In this document: positions 56,246-64,000 of the stretch, in pieces
Layout: every line of letters begins with the position of its first letter
Numbering within the stretch: the first letter of the stretch is position 1
Source of the DNA: Smithellaceae bacterium
GTDB lineage: Bacteria; Desulfobacterota; Syntrophia; Syntrophales; Smithellaceae
Direction: 5' to 3'
Assembly (NCBI GenBank): GCA_963667845.2
Contig: CAXXVL010000002.1
Span: forward strand, 2,848,001 to 2,912,000
Length of the DNA stretch: 64,000 bases
Program-made: the position numbers and the translations under genes
The notes under the pieces: model-generated
Told to the model about the DNA's origin: nothing
What the model saw: only the letters and a program-made list of their open reading frames with translations
Databases searched by the model: none

Positions 56246-57677
56246 AAAGCAGCTATTCATTTTGATCATCGTGCTATTTCTGATTCGCCTGGTGGTGTCA
56301 CCGTTTTTCGGGCTGGGTGTGGATGAAGCGCACTATGTCCTGTACGCCAAATATCTCGATTGGAGCTATCTGGACCATCCGCCCCTTGTGGGTTGGCTGC
56401 ATGCGCCGTTTTATTATATTTTCGGGAGGAGTGAATTTTTAGCGCGCCTGCCTGCCGTCTTACTGTTTGCCGCAACGTCCTATTGCTGCTATGTGTTTAT
56501 CTTCAAGATTACACAATCGACGCGGCTTTCCTTGTATTCCGTTCTGGCCTTGAATTGCTCCTTTATGCTCAATGCCCTGGGCATCATGCTTTTGCCCGAT
56601 TCGATTCTGCTCACGCTGGTTTTTTTGCTGATCTTTGTCGCCGAAAAAATTGTCCGTGATAAAAGACCGCTGGATTTTGTTTTTCTGGGTCTCATCCTGG
56701 GTTTAATGGGACTGGCCAAATATACGGCTATCCTGCTGGTACCGCCTCTGATCGTTTTCTTCCTGATGAAAAAAAGATACGATATTATTTTTTCGCCTTA
56801 CATGATCTTAGCCGCGGCGATTGCGCTTTTATTGATCGCGCCGGTGATCTACTGGAATGTCACGCATGACTTTATCAGTTTCCGCTACCAGGGTTCTCAT
56901 GTGTTCGGGTCGCTCGCGTCGAGCTTCGAATATTTTATCGTGTCACTGGCAGCGCAATTCGGTGCCTACAGCCCGTTTTTATTTATTGTCGCCGTTTACG
57001 GGTTCTTCAAAGTTCTGCGTGATCCGAATGATTATCTTCGTCTGGCCGTCTTATTTGGAGGCACCATCCTGGTCTTCTTCATGGTTACTTCTGTTTATGA
57101 ACGGACGCTCCCCCACTGGCCGTCCGTCTTCTACCTCCTGTTTATCCCGGTCGGGACATATCATTTACTCATGTCGCAGAAGAAATGGCAGAAAACATTT
57201 TTGTATGTTGCTGTGGGGGCAAGTCTGATCGGGATGCTGCTTGCTTACACGGAACTCGCCGGAAAATTTATCCCCTTTCCCGATTACAAATCTCCGTTTC
57301 GCGACATTTATGGATACCCGGAAATGGCGGCCAAGGCGGATGACATCATAAAGCGTGACGCTTCAGCACGATCCAAGGCTGTGGCCGTAACGAACTGGAC
57401 CATGGGCAGCCGGGTGATGTATTACGATTTGCCGTATGGACATGATGTCTTCGTCATGGATTCCCGTCCGGACCAGTTTGACATCTGGCAAACAAAATCA
57501 CCTCTGGGATATGACCTGCTTTTTCTCAATACGCGATTTGAAAATATTGATGTTGCCCGTTTTCTCCGTTGCGATCACGTTGATGTTGCCGGAAAAACAG
57601 ATTTGACGCTCAACGGGTCAAAGGTGAACAGCGTGGAATATGTCTGGTGCCGTAATTATCAGGGAGTGAAAAAGTGA
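56232..57677 (+). CDS. GT-C fold (ArnT/PMT-like) membrane glycosyltransferase
   Basis: DEAHY, YLDHPPL, LAKY, multi-TM. Confidence 0.85.
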   Translation: MPRAEKQLFILIIVLFLIRLVVSPFFGLGVDEAHYVLYAKYLDWSYLDHPPLVGWLHAPFYYIFGRSEFLARLPAVLLFAATSYCCYVFIFKITQSTRLSLYSVLALNCSFMLNALGIMLLPDSILLTLVFLLIFVAEKIVRDKRPLDFVFLGLILGLMGLAKYTAILLVPPLIVFFLMKKRYDIIFSPYMILAAAIALLLIAPVIYWNVTHDFISFRYQGSHVFGSLASSFEYFIVSLAAQFGAYSPFLFIVAVYGFFKVLRDPNDYLRLAVLFGGTILVFFMVTSVYERTLPHWPSVFYLLFIPVGTYHLLMSQKKWQKTFLYVAVGASLIGMLLAYTELAGKFIPFPDYKSPFRDIYGYPEMAAKADDIIKRDASARSKAVAVTNWTMGSRVMYYDLPYGHDVFVMDSRPDQFDIWQTKSPLGYDLLFLNTRFENIDVARFLRCDHVDVAGKTDLTLNGSKVNSVEYVWCRNYQGVKK

Positions 57678-58309
57678 AAAAAAGATGGATCGCACTCCTG
57701 ATCGTGACAGCGGGCGTTTGTCTGGCGTGGATGGCCTATATTCAGTGGGACATTCCTGTTGCTTATTGCTGCCATGATTTAAGTCGCCCTGTTCTGGATA
57801 TCGCTGAAATCATAACGAATGCCGGGGATTCAAAATGGTATTTCATCTTGTTTGTGCCGGCATTTTTGATCTTTTGGTTTGTTGTAAAAAACAAAACAGT
57901 CTCGATGAAGATATTATTCCTTCTGGTTACAGTCGCGGCGTCCGGCTTGGTCAGCACACTGATCAAGTGGATCGCCGGAAGAAACCGGCCGATTAACCTG
58001 TTTGATCACGGAGCATTTGGGTTTAATTTCTTTGAAGTCGGCTACGAATTGAATTCTTTTCCATCCGGTCATGCCGTTACGGTTTTTTCTCTGGCGACGG
58101 CTCTGTGCATATTGTTTCCCCGGTTTGGAATTCTGGCGTTTATCCCCGCAATCGCCATTGCTTTGAGCAGAGTGATGATCACGTCTCACTACTTAAGTGA
58201 TGTGATCGGCGGTGCCGTGGTCGGCACGGTCTGCACGCTGATTGTCAAATATTATTTTGACCGGTTCGGAGTCGGGCTAAAAAGACCGCGATCAGGAGAC
58301 CCCGAATGA
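57674..58309 (+). CDS. PAP2-family phosphatase (lipid A or undecaprenyl-PP phosphatase-like)
   Basis: K....R.RP, SFPSGH, SR....HYLSDV. Confidence 0.88.
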   Translation: MKKRWIALLIVTAGVCLAWMAYIQWDIPVAYCCHDLSRPVLDIAEIITNAGDSKWYFILFVPAFLIFWFVVKNKTVSMKILFLLVTVAASGLVSTLIKWIAGRNRPINLFDHGAFGFNFFEVGYELNSFPSGHAVTVFSLATALCILFPRFGILAFIPAIAIALSRVMITSHYLSDVIGGAVVGTVCTLIVKYYFDRFGVGLKRPRSGDPE

Positions 58310-59970
58310 AGAAACGGTACATTCTTTTTTTAATTCCCGTGATTCTCTATATCGCCCTGCTCGGTGTCATGCCGCAGATGGAACCGGATGAGGCCCGCTA
58401 CAGCCTGATTTCCAGTGCGATGAATGAGACGGGCAATTACATCACACCGCATATCAAGCATACCATTTATCTGGAGAAGCCGCCGCTGGCGTCCTGGATG
58501 ACGGCAATAGCCTTTAAAATCCTCGGCGAAAACGACTTTTCGGCGCGGCTGTTTGCGGGGCTGTCAGCCTGGGGCTGCATTGTGCTCACTTTTTTCATCG
58601 GACGCTATTTTCGTGATGAAAAGACCGGCCTTTATGCTGCTGCCGTCCTCACTATATCGGCTTTCCCTTTTGTTCTGGGACGGATCAACATCCTGGACAT
58701 GCCGCTGACGCTTTTTCTGTGTCTGGCCATCTGGTTTGGATATCTCTCCGTGGTTGAGAAAGGAAAGCGACACCTGTCCTATCTATTTTACCTGGTTTGC
58801 GCCCTGGCTTTCCTGACGAAAGGAATGATCGGCGTCGTCTTTCCCTTTGCGATACTCGTTGTCTGGCTCATCTGGGCCGGACGTTGGCGTCAAATCATTC
58901 GCCTGATTTCACCGGTAGGCATCGTGATCTTTCTGGTCATCGTTTGTCCGTGGCTTTACCTCGCGCAAAAAGAGAATCCGGATTTTCTCTGGTTCTTTTT
59001 TGTCCGCGAGCACTTTCTTCGCTTTACGACGCAGATGCACGGTAAGGCGGAACCCTTTTACTATTTCATACCGATTATCATCGGCGGCATGCTTCCCTGG
59101 GCCGTCTATTTAATTCGGGCCTGGCAGAAGAACTGGAAGTCCTATTTGTTTAAACCAGACCCAAACAGGCTTCTGGCGGTCTGGTTTCTTTTTATCTTTC
59201 TTTTTTATACGGTCTCCTCCTCCAAGCTGGCCACCTATATCGCTCCGGTATTTTTGCCCATAGCCCTTTTTGCCGGCAACCTGTTTCGAACCCATGAGGA
59301 TGGGCTGCCGGATTTATCCGGAAAACGAAGAATGATTTACCGATTTGTTTTAGGGGCTCAGTTATTGATCATCGTGATCGCTCTGGTTCTGCCGCCGATA
59401 TTGAAGCAATACTCTGATCCCGCCAAGGGACTGGTTGTTATGACATCTGACCGGTGGTGGATCTACATCGTTCCAATGCTTGCCGCCGCCGTTTTGCTGG
59501 TTTTCCTGCCTGATCTCATTGCGCGCAGGCTGAGGCGAGGTTGGTTCCCGGCGGTCTATCTGCTTTGCTGTTTGCTCCTGGGTGGCATGATTTTTCCGCT
59601 CAATGATTTTCTTTCTCCCTATCGAAGTGCGCTCATTGCCAGAGATCCGATCGCCCGGCTGGTTCCTCAAGGACAGCTCCTATACCAGTACCGTGTCAAT
59701 TTTTACGGGATCGATTTTTATAACAGGATGCGTACGCCGATCGTTGAAGATTTCGGTGAGTTGGCAGACGGTATCGCCAAAATGCCTTCCGAAGAAAGAA
59801 AAAGATACTTCTTGTCGGTCGATGAATTTTTCGGGAAGATTGACCAGGGAAACGAGATTTACTGCATCACGCAGCATCTGGATAAACTAAAGCAATTGCG
59901 GTTACGGTACTCCCATGTTGACATACTTTGGGACAATAAAGCTTTTTACCTGTTGCGAATCGAAAAATGA
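58306..59970 (+). CDS. arnT: 4-amino-4-deoxy-L-arabinose transferase-like
   Basis: PDEARY, YLEKPPL, LTKG, REHFLRF, SKLATYI; adjacent to arnBCA. Confidence 0.8.
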   Translation: MKKRYILFLIPVILYIALLGVMPQMEPDEARYSLISSAMNETGNYITPHIKHTIYLEKPPLASWMTAIAFKILGENDFSARLFAGLSAWGCIVLTFFIGRYFRDEKTGLYAAAVLTISAFPFVLGRINILDMPLTLFLCLAIWFGYLSVVEKGKRHLSYLFYLVCALAFLTKGMIGVVFPFAILVVWLIWAGRWRQIIRLISPVGIVIFLVIVCPWLYLAQKENPDFLWFFFVREHFLRFTTQMHGKAEPFYYFIPIIIGGMLPWAVYLIRAWQKNWKSYLFKPDPNRLLAVWFLFIFLFYTVSSSKLATYIAPVFLPIALFAGNLFRTHEDGLPDLSGKRRMIYRFVLGAQLLIIVIALVLPPILKQYSDPAKGLVVMTSDRWWIYIVPMLAAAVLLVFLPDLIARRLRRGWFPAVYLLCCLLLGGMIFPLNDFLSPYRSALIARDPIARLVPQGQLLYQYRVNFYGIDFYNRMRTPIVEDFGELADGIAKMPSEERKRYFLSVDEFFGKIDQGNEIYCITQHLDKLKQLRLRYSHVDILWDNKAFYLLRIEK

Positions 59971-59982
59971 GTGAGGGACTGA

Positions 59983-61140
59983 ATGGCGATGAAAGTGAGA
60001 GAAGATTTCCTGCCCTTTAGCCGGCCGTCGATCGGTGAGGCCGAGATCAACAGGGTAGTGGCGTGTCTGAAATCGGGATGGATTACCACCGGCGCCCTGT
60101 GCAAGGAGTTTGAGGATAAATTCTGCGAACTGACCGGCTCGAAAAAGGCTGTCACCTTGAACTCCGCTACGGCCGGCATGCATCTGGTGCTGACGGCTCT
60201 GAACCTGCAGCCTGGTGACGAAGTACTTACTCCTTCCATGACATTTGCCTCCACGATCAACATGATCGCCTTACGGGGTGCGAAGCCCGTATTTGTCGAC
60301 ATTGATTATGATACACTCAACATGAACTGCGATTTGCTCGAAAGGAAGATATCGCCCAAAACAAAGGCGATCATTCCGGTTCACTTTGCCGGGGCGCCCG
60401 TGGATATGGATAAAATCGACGAGCTGGCGCGCAAATACCACCTGACGGTTATCGAAGATGCCGCACATGCGGTCGGTACTTATTATAAAGGAATCCATGC
60501 CGGCGGCTTTGGACATCCCGCCATCTTTTCGTTTCATCCGATAAAGAATATCACAACGGGTGAGGGCGGGCTGATCACGCTTAATGACACCCGGTTCGAA
60601 AAGAAATTGCGTCTGCTGAGATTTCATGGGATAGAAAGAGATGCTTGGAAAAGGTATGGAAAAGGAGGAAATCCCTCCTATGATATTATGGAACCGGGCT
60701 ATAAATATAATATGCCGGATATGCTTGCGGCACTAGGTTTGGCTCAACTGGAGCGCTGGCAGATATTGAATGCGCGCCGCCAGGTGCTGGCCAAACTGTA
60801 CCTTGATGGCTTAGAGGGCATCGCAGAGCTCGATTTGCCGCAAGTGCCGGCGTATGATCATGTTCACGCCTGGCATTTGTTTATCGTCAAAATTAAGCAC
60901 TGTCCCCGGGATGAATTTATGCAAAAACTGGCTGAATATAATATCGGTTATGGATTGCATTTTCCGCCGGCCCATACTTTATCGTATGTCAAGAGAGCAT
61001 ATAATGGAGACGACATGCTTCTTCCGGAAACCGACCGGGCGGCAGACAGAATAATATCCCTGCCGCTGTTTCCTGATATGACGGAAGACGACGTACACTA
61101 TGTTTGCGCTGCAATAAAGGAGATTTTGAAAAATGGCTAA
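59983..61140 (+). CDS. arnB: UDP-4-amino-4-deoxy-L-arabinose aminotransferase
   Basis: FLPFSRP, SGWITTG, EDAAHA, SFHPIKNITTGEGG, GYKYN. Confidence 0.88.
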   Translation: MAMKVREDFLPFSRPSIGEAEINRVVACLKSGWITTGALCKEFEDKFCELTGSKKAVTLNSATAGMHLVLTALNLQPGDEVLTPSMTFASTINMIALRGAKPVFVDIDYDTLNMNCDLLERKISPKTKAIIPVHFAGAPVDMDKIDELARKYHLTVIEDAAHAVGTYYKGIHAGGFGHPAIFSFHPIKNITTGEGGLITLNDTRFEKKLRLLRFHGIERDAWKRYGKGGNPSYDIMEPGYKYNMPDMLAALGLAQLERWQILNARRQVLAKLYLDGLEGIAELDLPQVPAYDHVHAWHLFIVKIKHCPRDEFMQKLAEYNIGYGLHFPPAHTLSYVKRAYNGDDMLLPETDRAADRIISLPLFPDMTEDDVHYVCAAIKEILKNG

Positions 61141-62089
61141 GGTGCAAATCTCGGTGGTCATACCGGTCTATAATGAAGAAGCGAATCTGGCCGCCCTCAT
61201 GAAGAGACTGCTTCCGGTTATGCAGGAGACGGGGAAAAGGTTCGAGGTCATTCTGATTGACGACGGCAGTAAGGACAACTCCCTGACGCTGCTCAAGGAA
61301 TTCACATCAAATCCTCTTGTAAGGGTTGTCGAACTGACCAGGAATTACGGCCAACACTCAGCCATCATGGCCGGATTCTCAGTTGTCGAGGGCGACATCG
61401 TGATTACGATGGATGCGGATTTACAAAATCCCCCGGAAGAAATACCGAACTTGGTTCGGGTGATGGAGGAGGGAAGCTACGATGTCGTCGGCACGATCCG
61501 CAAAGGCCGCAAGGATTCTTTCCTGCGCATCTGGCCGTCTAAAATCATTAACATGGTGGCGCGAAAGATTACAGGTGTCAGTATGCGCGACTGGGGCTGC
61601 ATGCTGCGAGCTTATCGTCGGCCGGTGGTTGAACGGATGATTGCCTGTCACGAACGGGCAACATTCATTCCCGCATTGGCGACTGTATTTGCCAAGCGTG
61701 TCACGGAAATTGAAGTCGCTCATGAGGAACGGTTCGGCGGCAAGTCGAACTACCCTCTAAGAAAGCTCATTAACCTTCAGTTCGATCTGGTGGCGTCTTT
61801 TTCGGATCTGCCCATGAAGCTGATCATGTACGGAGGCGTTTTAATGTCCGTCATGGGGGTATGCTTCGGCGCATTTCTGGCCATTGCCCGTTTGATGTAT
61901 GGTGTGCGCTGGGCTGCAGAAGGCATTTTTACGCTATTTGCGATTTTGTTTGTTTTTGTCGGATTGCAGTTTTTTGCCTTAGGGGTTATCGGCGAATACA
62001 TCGGCCGCATTTATCGGGAAGTCCGTAAACGACCCGAATATGTTATCGAACAAATCCATGGTCGAAAAGAGGACGGCGATACACTTTGA
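61133..62089 (+). CDS. arnC: Undecaprenyl-phosphate Ara4FN transferase (GT2)
   Basis: VIPVYNEE, DDGS, RNYGQHSA, DADLQNPPEEIP, GCMLRAY. Confidence 0.88.
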   Translation: MAKVQISVVIPVYNEEANLAALMKRLLPVMQETGKRFEVILIDDGSKDNSLTLLKEFTSNPLVRVVELTRNYGQHSAIMAGFSVVEGDIVITMDADLQNPPEEIPNLVRVMEEGSYDVVGTIRKGRKDSFLRIWPSKIINMVARKITGVSMRDWGCMLRAYRRPVVERMIACHERATFIPALATVFAKRVTEIEVAHEERFGGKSNYPLRKLINLQFDLVASFSDLPMKLIMYGGVLMSVMGVCFGAFLAIARLMYGVRWAAEGIFTLFAILFVFVGLQFFALGVIGEYIGRIYREVRKRPEYVIEQIHGRKEDGDTL

Positions 62090-63006
62090 GAACGGTTGTT
62101 TTAGCCTACCATAATATGGGGATCGCAGGGCTCAATGCCCTTTTTCAGCAGGGGTTCGATATCACCGCAGTCTTCACTCACGAAGATGATCCTGGCGAAA
62201 ACTGCTGGTTTGGTTCCGTGAAGGACTGGGCATTGCTGCATGATATTCCCTGTTACATGCCCGCAAATATCAATGCCCAGGAGTGGATTGATAAGATATC
62301 GAGCTTAAAGCCGGATGTCCTTTTCTCTTTTTATTACCGGAATATGGTCTCAACAAAGATTCTGGAAATTCCCAGGCTCGCTGCTTTGAATCTGCATGGA
62401 TCGATGCTGCCGGCTTATCGAGGACGGTGTCCGGTAAACTGGGTATTGGTAAAGGGTGAAAACAGGACCGGCGTGACCCTCCATTTTATGGTAGAAAAAC
62501 CCGATGCCGGCGATATTGTCGGCCAGCGTGCAGTGCGGATCGGTTCCGATGACACGGCCAGGACATTGTATGAGAAATTGTGTATGGCAGCAGGAGATCT
62601 GTTGAACGATCTCCTGCCGGTTATCAAAACCGGTCAAATTCCCCGCACAAAACAGGATTTGGCCAAAGGCAGTTATTACGGAGGCAGACGTCCGGAAGAC
62701 GGCCGTATCGACTGGTCGTTATCGGCTCACGAGATTTACAACCTGATCCGCGCCGTGACGGACCCTTATCCGGGGGCTTTTTCTATCACGGAAAATGGCG
62801 AAAAGATCATCGTCTGGTGGGGAAAGCCCGAAAAGCTGAACATAAAAAAAGAACCGGGCGGCGTCGTAACGTTCGGGCAAGATGTACTTGTGGAAACAGG
62901 TAATCATGCTATACAGCTTCTGGATATAGAGGTGCAGGGAAAAAGAATGAGGGGTTTGCAGATCAGTGAATATTTTAGGACAGGAAAGGTGACGAAACTC
63001 AAATGA
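62086..63006 (+). CDS. Stand-alone UDP-L-Ara4N formyltransferase (ArnA N-terminal domain)
   Basis: AYHNMG, FSFYYR, NLHGS.LP.YRGR.P.NW, DAGDI, GRRPEDG. Confidence 0.88.
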   Translation: MRTVVLAYHNMGIAGLNALFQQGFDITAVFTHEDDPGENCWFGSVKDWALLHDIPCYMPANINAQEWIDKISSLKPDVLFSFYYRNMVSTKILEIPRLAALNLHGSMLPAYRGRCPVNWVLVKGENRTGVTLHFMVEKPDAGDIVGQRAVRIGSDDTARTLYEKLCMAAGDLLNDLLPVIKTGQIPRTKQDLAKGSYYGGRRPEDGRIDWSLSAHEIYNLIRAVTDPYPGAFSITENGEKIIVWWGKPEKLNIKKEPGGVVTFGQDVLVETGNHAIQLLDIEVQGKRMRGLQISEYFRTGKVTKLK

Positions 63007-64000
63007 AAATACTGATACTGGGTGTAAACGGTTTTATCGGACATCATCTGGTCAATAGAATACTGGCGGAGAAGCCCGATTGGCAGGTATTCGGAATGGA
63101 TTTGGGAACCGAGCGCATCGGCGCTGCATTGAATAATCCTCAATTCAACTTCCTCGAGGGTGATATTTCGATCAATAAGGAATGGATTGAATATCATATT
63201 AAAAAATGCGACGTGATTATGCCGCTCGTGGCGATCGCCACTCCGAAAGCGTATGTGGAAGATCCTATCGGCGTTTACAATCTCGATTTTGAAATGAATA
63301 TTCAGATCGTCAAACAATGCGTGAAGTACCATAAGCGCGTTGTCTTTCCTTCCACCTCGGAAGTCTATGGGGCTTGCACCGATCCGGAGTTCAAAGAAGA
63401 TGAAAGTTACTTGGTCGTCGGGCCCATAAGCAAAGAACGCTGGATATACTCCTGCTGTAAGCAATTGTTGGATCGCGTCATTTACGGATATGGGACGAGG
63501 GGACATCTTGAGTTTACGCTGTTCAGACCTTTCAACTGGATTGGACCGAGACTGGACTCTCTCGACACGGCCAAGGAGGGAAGCTCCAGAGTGGTCACGC
63601 AATTCATTGCCGAGTTGCTTCTAAAACGCCCGATTAACCTGGTAGATGGCGGCCGGCAGAAGCGTTGTTTTACGTATGTAGACGACGGCATTGCCGCGCT
63701 TATGAAAATTCTGGAAAATAAGAATGACGTCTGCAAGAATCAGATTATCAATATCGGAAATCCGCGAAATGAGTGTTCCGTAAAGGAACTTGCCGACATC
63801 CTGAAAAACTTATTTAAAGCCCATCCTGATCATAAGAATGATTCGTCCTTTTCAAGTATCATTGAAGTGCCGGCAGATACTTTTTACGGCAAAGGCTATC
63901 AGGATATTTATACGCGCAAACCAAGTATTGAGAAGGCGCGAAGCCTTCTTGACTGGGAGCCGAAGATCGACTTGATCGAATCCATGCGGCTCACGATTAA
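63003..64000 (+). CDS. arnA: UDP-glucuronic acid oxidase/decarboxylase (ArnA C-terminal domain); runs off the window edge
   Basis: MKILILGVNGFIGHHL, PSTSEVYG, RWIYSCCKQLLDR, FRPFNWIGP; ATGA overlap with the upstream gene; no stop before 64000. Confidence 0.88.
   Translation, partial: MKILILGVNGFIGHHLVNRILAEKPDWQVFGMDLGTERIGAALNNPQFNFLEGDISINKEWIEYHIKKCDVIMPLVAIATPKAYVEDPIGVYNLDFEMNIQIVKQCVKYHKRVVFPSTSEVYGACTDPEFKEDESYLVVGPISKERWIYSCCKQLLDRVIYGYGTRGHLEFTLFRPFNWIGPRLDSLDTAKEGSSRVVTQFIAELLLKRPINLVDGGRQKRCFTYVDDGIAALMKILENKNDVCKNQIINIGNPRNECSVKELADILKNLFKAHPDHKNDSSFSSIIEVPADTFYGKGYQDIYTRKPSIEKARSLLDWEPKIDLIESMRLTI

Overview
Bacterial chromosomal window whose gene content suggests an anaerobic deltaproteobacterium (Syntrophales/Smithella-like; this is inference). 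GC-richer housekeeping flanks are hrpA, a DUF4139 protein and an MtaD-like deaminase on the left, and an HpaB/AbfD-family gene, radC, a Tat-signal EutB-EutC fusion, an NCS2/PP2C/STAS module, panCD, ahcY, lptFG and an arn lipid A-modification cluster on the right. They surround a ~29.8 kb AT-richer element integrated in tRNA-Leu(TAA). The element has an exact 61-bp att duplication (7761-7821 = 37575-37635), matching 21-bp arm-type sites and an intact tyrosine integrase with a minimal xis/rep-like core. Its main cargo is a ~10.4 kb array of 13 single-ORF gene cassettes plus one truncated cassette, separated by very short attC-like sites whose left cores co-vary with each cassette's start. No integron integrase is present in the window, so this looks like a CALIN-type array carried on an integrative element, and it is rich in candidate anti-phage genes. 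Other notable signals are a DUF1566 gene with a DGR variable-region-like 3' end, a diverged ~190-bp repeat flanking a protease/FHA pair, origin- and operator-like repeats in the element core, a possible older island remnant beyond attR, and a probable pan RNA motif. All family calls come from motif recognition by eye, not database searches.
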